Program-made: the position numbers and the translations under genes
The notes under the pieces: model-generated
Told to the model about the DNA's origin: nothing
The model's input: the letters and a program-made list of their open reading frames with translations, nothing else
Databases searched by the model: none
Source: Convolutriloba macropyga
Taxonomy: Eukaryota
DNA length: 64,000 bases
NCBI RefSeq assembly: GCF_964194025.1
Contig: NC_134475.1
Span: forward strand, 62,930,001 to 62,994,000
Direction: 5' to 3'
Shown: positions 60,861 to 64,000 of the stretch, in pieces
Position numbering within the stretch: position 1 is the stretch's first letter
How the letters are laid out: each line of letters begins with the position of its first letter

Positions 60861-63800
60861 AATAAAACGAGACTCAAGGAACAGAAAGAGAGATAATGAT
60901 AGGAGTCTTGACAACTAAATCCAGTTTCCTAACAACAGAAGAAGAGTCGATACAAAGTTTTGTTCGAAGCCTGGACATTTAAATCCAGTCTTTTCACAAA
61001 AACTTACTATAAATTATTCAATGTCCTGAGGTTTCTTCCAGTTTCTGTTGTTTCGCTTTTCGTTGTTGCTTGTTCGGCTTCTTTCGTTTCTTTAAGAGTC
61101 TATAGAGGTCGATACCGTTATTGATAACAATTTCGAGACTATGAATTTCTAAGGAATGTTGTAGGTGAAGCTCGTTTTACTCGTTGGTCTGTGAGCTGTC
61201 TTTTCGTTCACTGTTAGATACGAGATCCTTGACTACGTTGACCACCGGTATGTTCAGTGTTTTCAGCTCTGACTACATGCCGGGTACAACCTCTCGCTTG
61301 CAATACACAACACCTACTATTTGTTTCAAAGCCCGTAATTGAAACCTTTGATGATGTCCGTAATCGAAATCTTTGATGATGTTCTGTAGCGATTTTTTTG
61401 GGTTTCGTGCAAGTGGACGTAGACAAATACCAGTGTCACTCTAGACGTTTGCTGATAGTGTCTGCTTTTAATGTAGTTGAGGGTCTCTTGTTTGTAGAGC
61501 GTGCTCTAACGAACTTGCTCCAATAATAATAGCAACCATCAGAAAGATAAGGGGGCCACCTCGGCTGCCCCGTAAATCATGTTAATCTGAAACTATTCAA
61601 TTTAAAGGCGTCAGATTTTCAAAAGCCTACATTTTTGTGTATGTAGGCTTCTGAAAATTTCACCTCTTTCGGACCACTTGTCTTCTCAAATACCTCAACT
61701 TTTGCATATTTGCAGAAGAGATCAATAAATGCTAGAAAAAATGTCTTGGTTCATTTTGCTATTAATTGCGCCACCAAGGTCAAATTGGATCTTATCTTCT
61801 GCTTTGAATCTAAACAATGTTCAGGAGGTTTCTCTTCGGATTTTAGTGTGACGGAGTTTAGATATTATCTATGTTTGTACCGGGTTTAGAGAGGGCTGCT
61901 TTTTTGGTGTTTTACATATGTTCGGCCAAAAGCATATTAACCATGGAAAATCATACCACATCCACCAGGACGCGTCAGGTGCAACGATTCCACGACGGCT
62001 ACTCGGATTGATTAATTTTTCATTTACGCATGCATACCCTGAACGTGCATGTAGACCACGCCAAAAGAAGTGAAAATACGCATTAAAGTCAGCCTCGTTC
62101 AACGTTTTGGAAGGCGCGTCTCGTTATTCCTTGAGGACCACGTCTTTGGAGATGAGCACTACCAAGAACAATTTTGTGAACAATTGTGTGAGATTGTTTT
62201 CAAAAACTTCCTCATGTGAAAGTTCAGTTGATGGTGATGAACGGATATCCTCGGTTGACATCCTAACTGCATTTTTATTTGAGTTGGGTATTGAATGAAA
62301 GGTAACGCGATTGGTGTTCCAGGGGGTTTGATGTCTCGTCAAGGAATTGTCTCGCTCATTATTAAATTTATTGAAGATTGAAGTCGCGCAGCATTCGCAG
62401 GTTTATTTACAAGCAATTGTGTTGTACCAGAGGTTAAAACAGAAAGCAATGTGGATTTGTTTACTTTACAAGCATTCGTGGCGCGAAAAGAATATTCACT
62501 ATTTACCTAATTAATTCGCTGTGATTGACACTTTTTGAGATTTTGTGAAATTTTTGCAACTGCAACACGAAAACTGTTTGTTGTTGCAACCGCAAACTCC
62601 CCGTTATTTTCGTTAATAACTTTTGCATTTGAATTTGGTGGGCGCGAACTGTAATTCTACTGGTTCCATTTCAGCACCCGTAATGTGATGAAAGTAAAAA
62701 TCAAATGTTCTTTAAACGATCCACCTAACGTGTTTTCCCATTTTTTGAAAAAGTTTTATTTGAACAAGGTTTTTTTCCCTTTAGAGAATAATGCACGAGG
62801 ATCTGCATTGAAAAAGAAGTACTTTCCCGAGAGATCAATCTTTAAAAACTCTATAGACAAAATCACTCCCTCAATTTCTAATTCAATAACGCTAAATCGT
62901 TCTTCGTTTTTTTAAGGAAATGTGATGCTAAAAATACAGTACTCCAACAAGCAATTGAACGTTTTTCTAGTGAGGCTTCAAAACCAAAACGAGATGCATC
63001 CTTTTGATTGCGAATTTCCAAGTTTAGATTATCTTTTGTTTTCTGTTGCTACTTGCTTTTTGATAATCGGGAAATGCGCCTCAATTTTCTGATAAAATAC
63101 AATTTTAGTTTTTCTGCACAATATCGGACAAAAAGTAATGGGTAACCGGTGTGACATAATTGTTACAAATTAAGTATGAAATTATCCAGACAGTGAACTG
63201 AACCCAAGAAAGATCTTAAATGTTTAAGGTAGATAGGGGCTGTTAGTTTGGGTATTACGGATGCTGTTAATATCTAAAGAATTTTACCTGATTGTCTTAA
63301 TTTATGCCCTAAACTCAATTCCTTTGTAGGCAAAATGACAATTAGGTAGATTTATTCAAAAATTATCATCATCAAGTTTCTTTAAGACGTATATGGAATA
63401 ACTTTAATCGCTCTTTCTGTGAAGCTAGACTAACAATAACAAAAACGTCTAGGAGAAGTGAGTATTATGGAGACCGATTTGTGTGTAATTCATTACTTTT
63501 AGGAACACCGCTGGCTTGTCAGTTAAACCATAAAAACCAATTATATTTCTGTAAGTTCCAGTAGATTCACCACTGAAGAAAATTGAACCTGCAATGGCTT
63601 GAAGTTTCTAATAATTGACTGTATATGTATTTCAAATTGAGTTTTGTGAAATAAGCAGTTTCACGTGTGCAATTTTTGATAAGATCTTCTTGAGTTGTGT
63701 CGATAAGATTGAAAATTGTCAATGTTTGAAATTTGACTTTTATTTTTATGAATTGCCTCATTTTTCAGATTAGAATAAAAAACAGCTTTATTTTACTTTT

Positions 63801-64000
63801 CTCATTTTACAGTAATAACAATAAGGGAAACGAAATTTTATCAGAGCAACTATCTATTCGTTCGTGTTCCTCATCACTTAAATTTTTGAGTTCCGTTTTT
63901 AACAAATCTTGTTATTTAAATGAGACTGTACCTGCTTTTTGATGTATTCGAGTGTAATTTTCAGGAAAATCTGAATTAACTGTATGTATTTGACTTACGT

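Noticed and set aside
61600-62342. In-frame minus-strand ORFs 62124-62342 and 61869-62102 separated by a stop
   Set aside because: Possibly a decayed gene, but no recognisable motif.

Overview
AT-rich, repeat-laden animal (probably invertebrate) genomic DNA; the species cannot be determined from the sequence. Four host genes with single-exon coding regions lie on the minus strand: an MTMR9-like pseudophosphatase, B4GALT7, RTRAF/C14orf166 and a CARD-only ORF. The centrepiece is a complete 13.5-kb env-bearing Ty3/Gypsy-type provirus (15766-29261, minus). It has ~99% identical LTRs, atypical TA...TA termini, a 5-bp GTGGT target-site duplication, PBS, PPT and decayed gag-pol-env. It also carries two unexpected cargoes. 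One is a TARG1/OARD1-like macrodomain fused to the integrase C-terminus. The other is a five-exon ANTISENSE gene between pol and env (19424-20760, plus) whose four GT-AG introns splice in phase into a 346-aa protein with an integrase-type H2C2 zinc finger and an OTU-like cysteine protease domain. The right third of the window is nested transposon debris (Penelope, several LINEs, a 1086-bp tandem duplication). It also holds a fragment of a Polinton/adintovirus-like DNA virus with two A32-like ATPases, an adenain-like protease, and minor and major capsid genes. That fragment has very compact divergent AT-rich promoter motifs and a dispersed ~17-bp repeat embedded in several of its ORFs. All family assignments are motif recognition by eye, not database searches.
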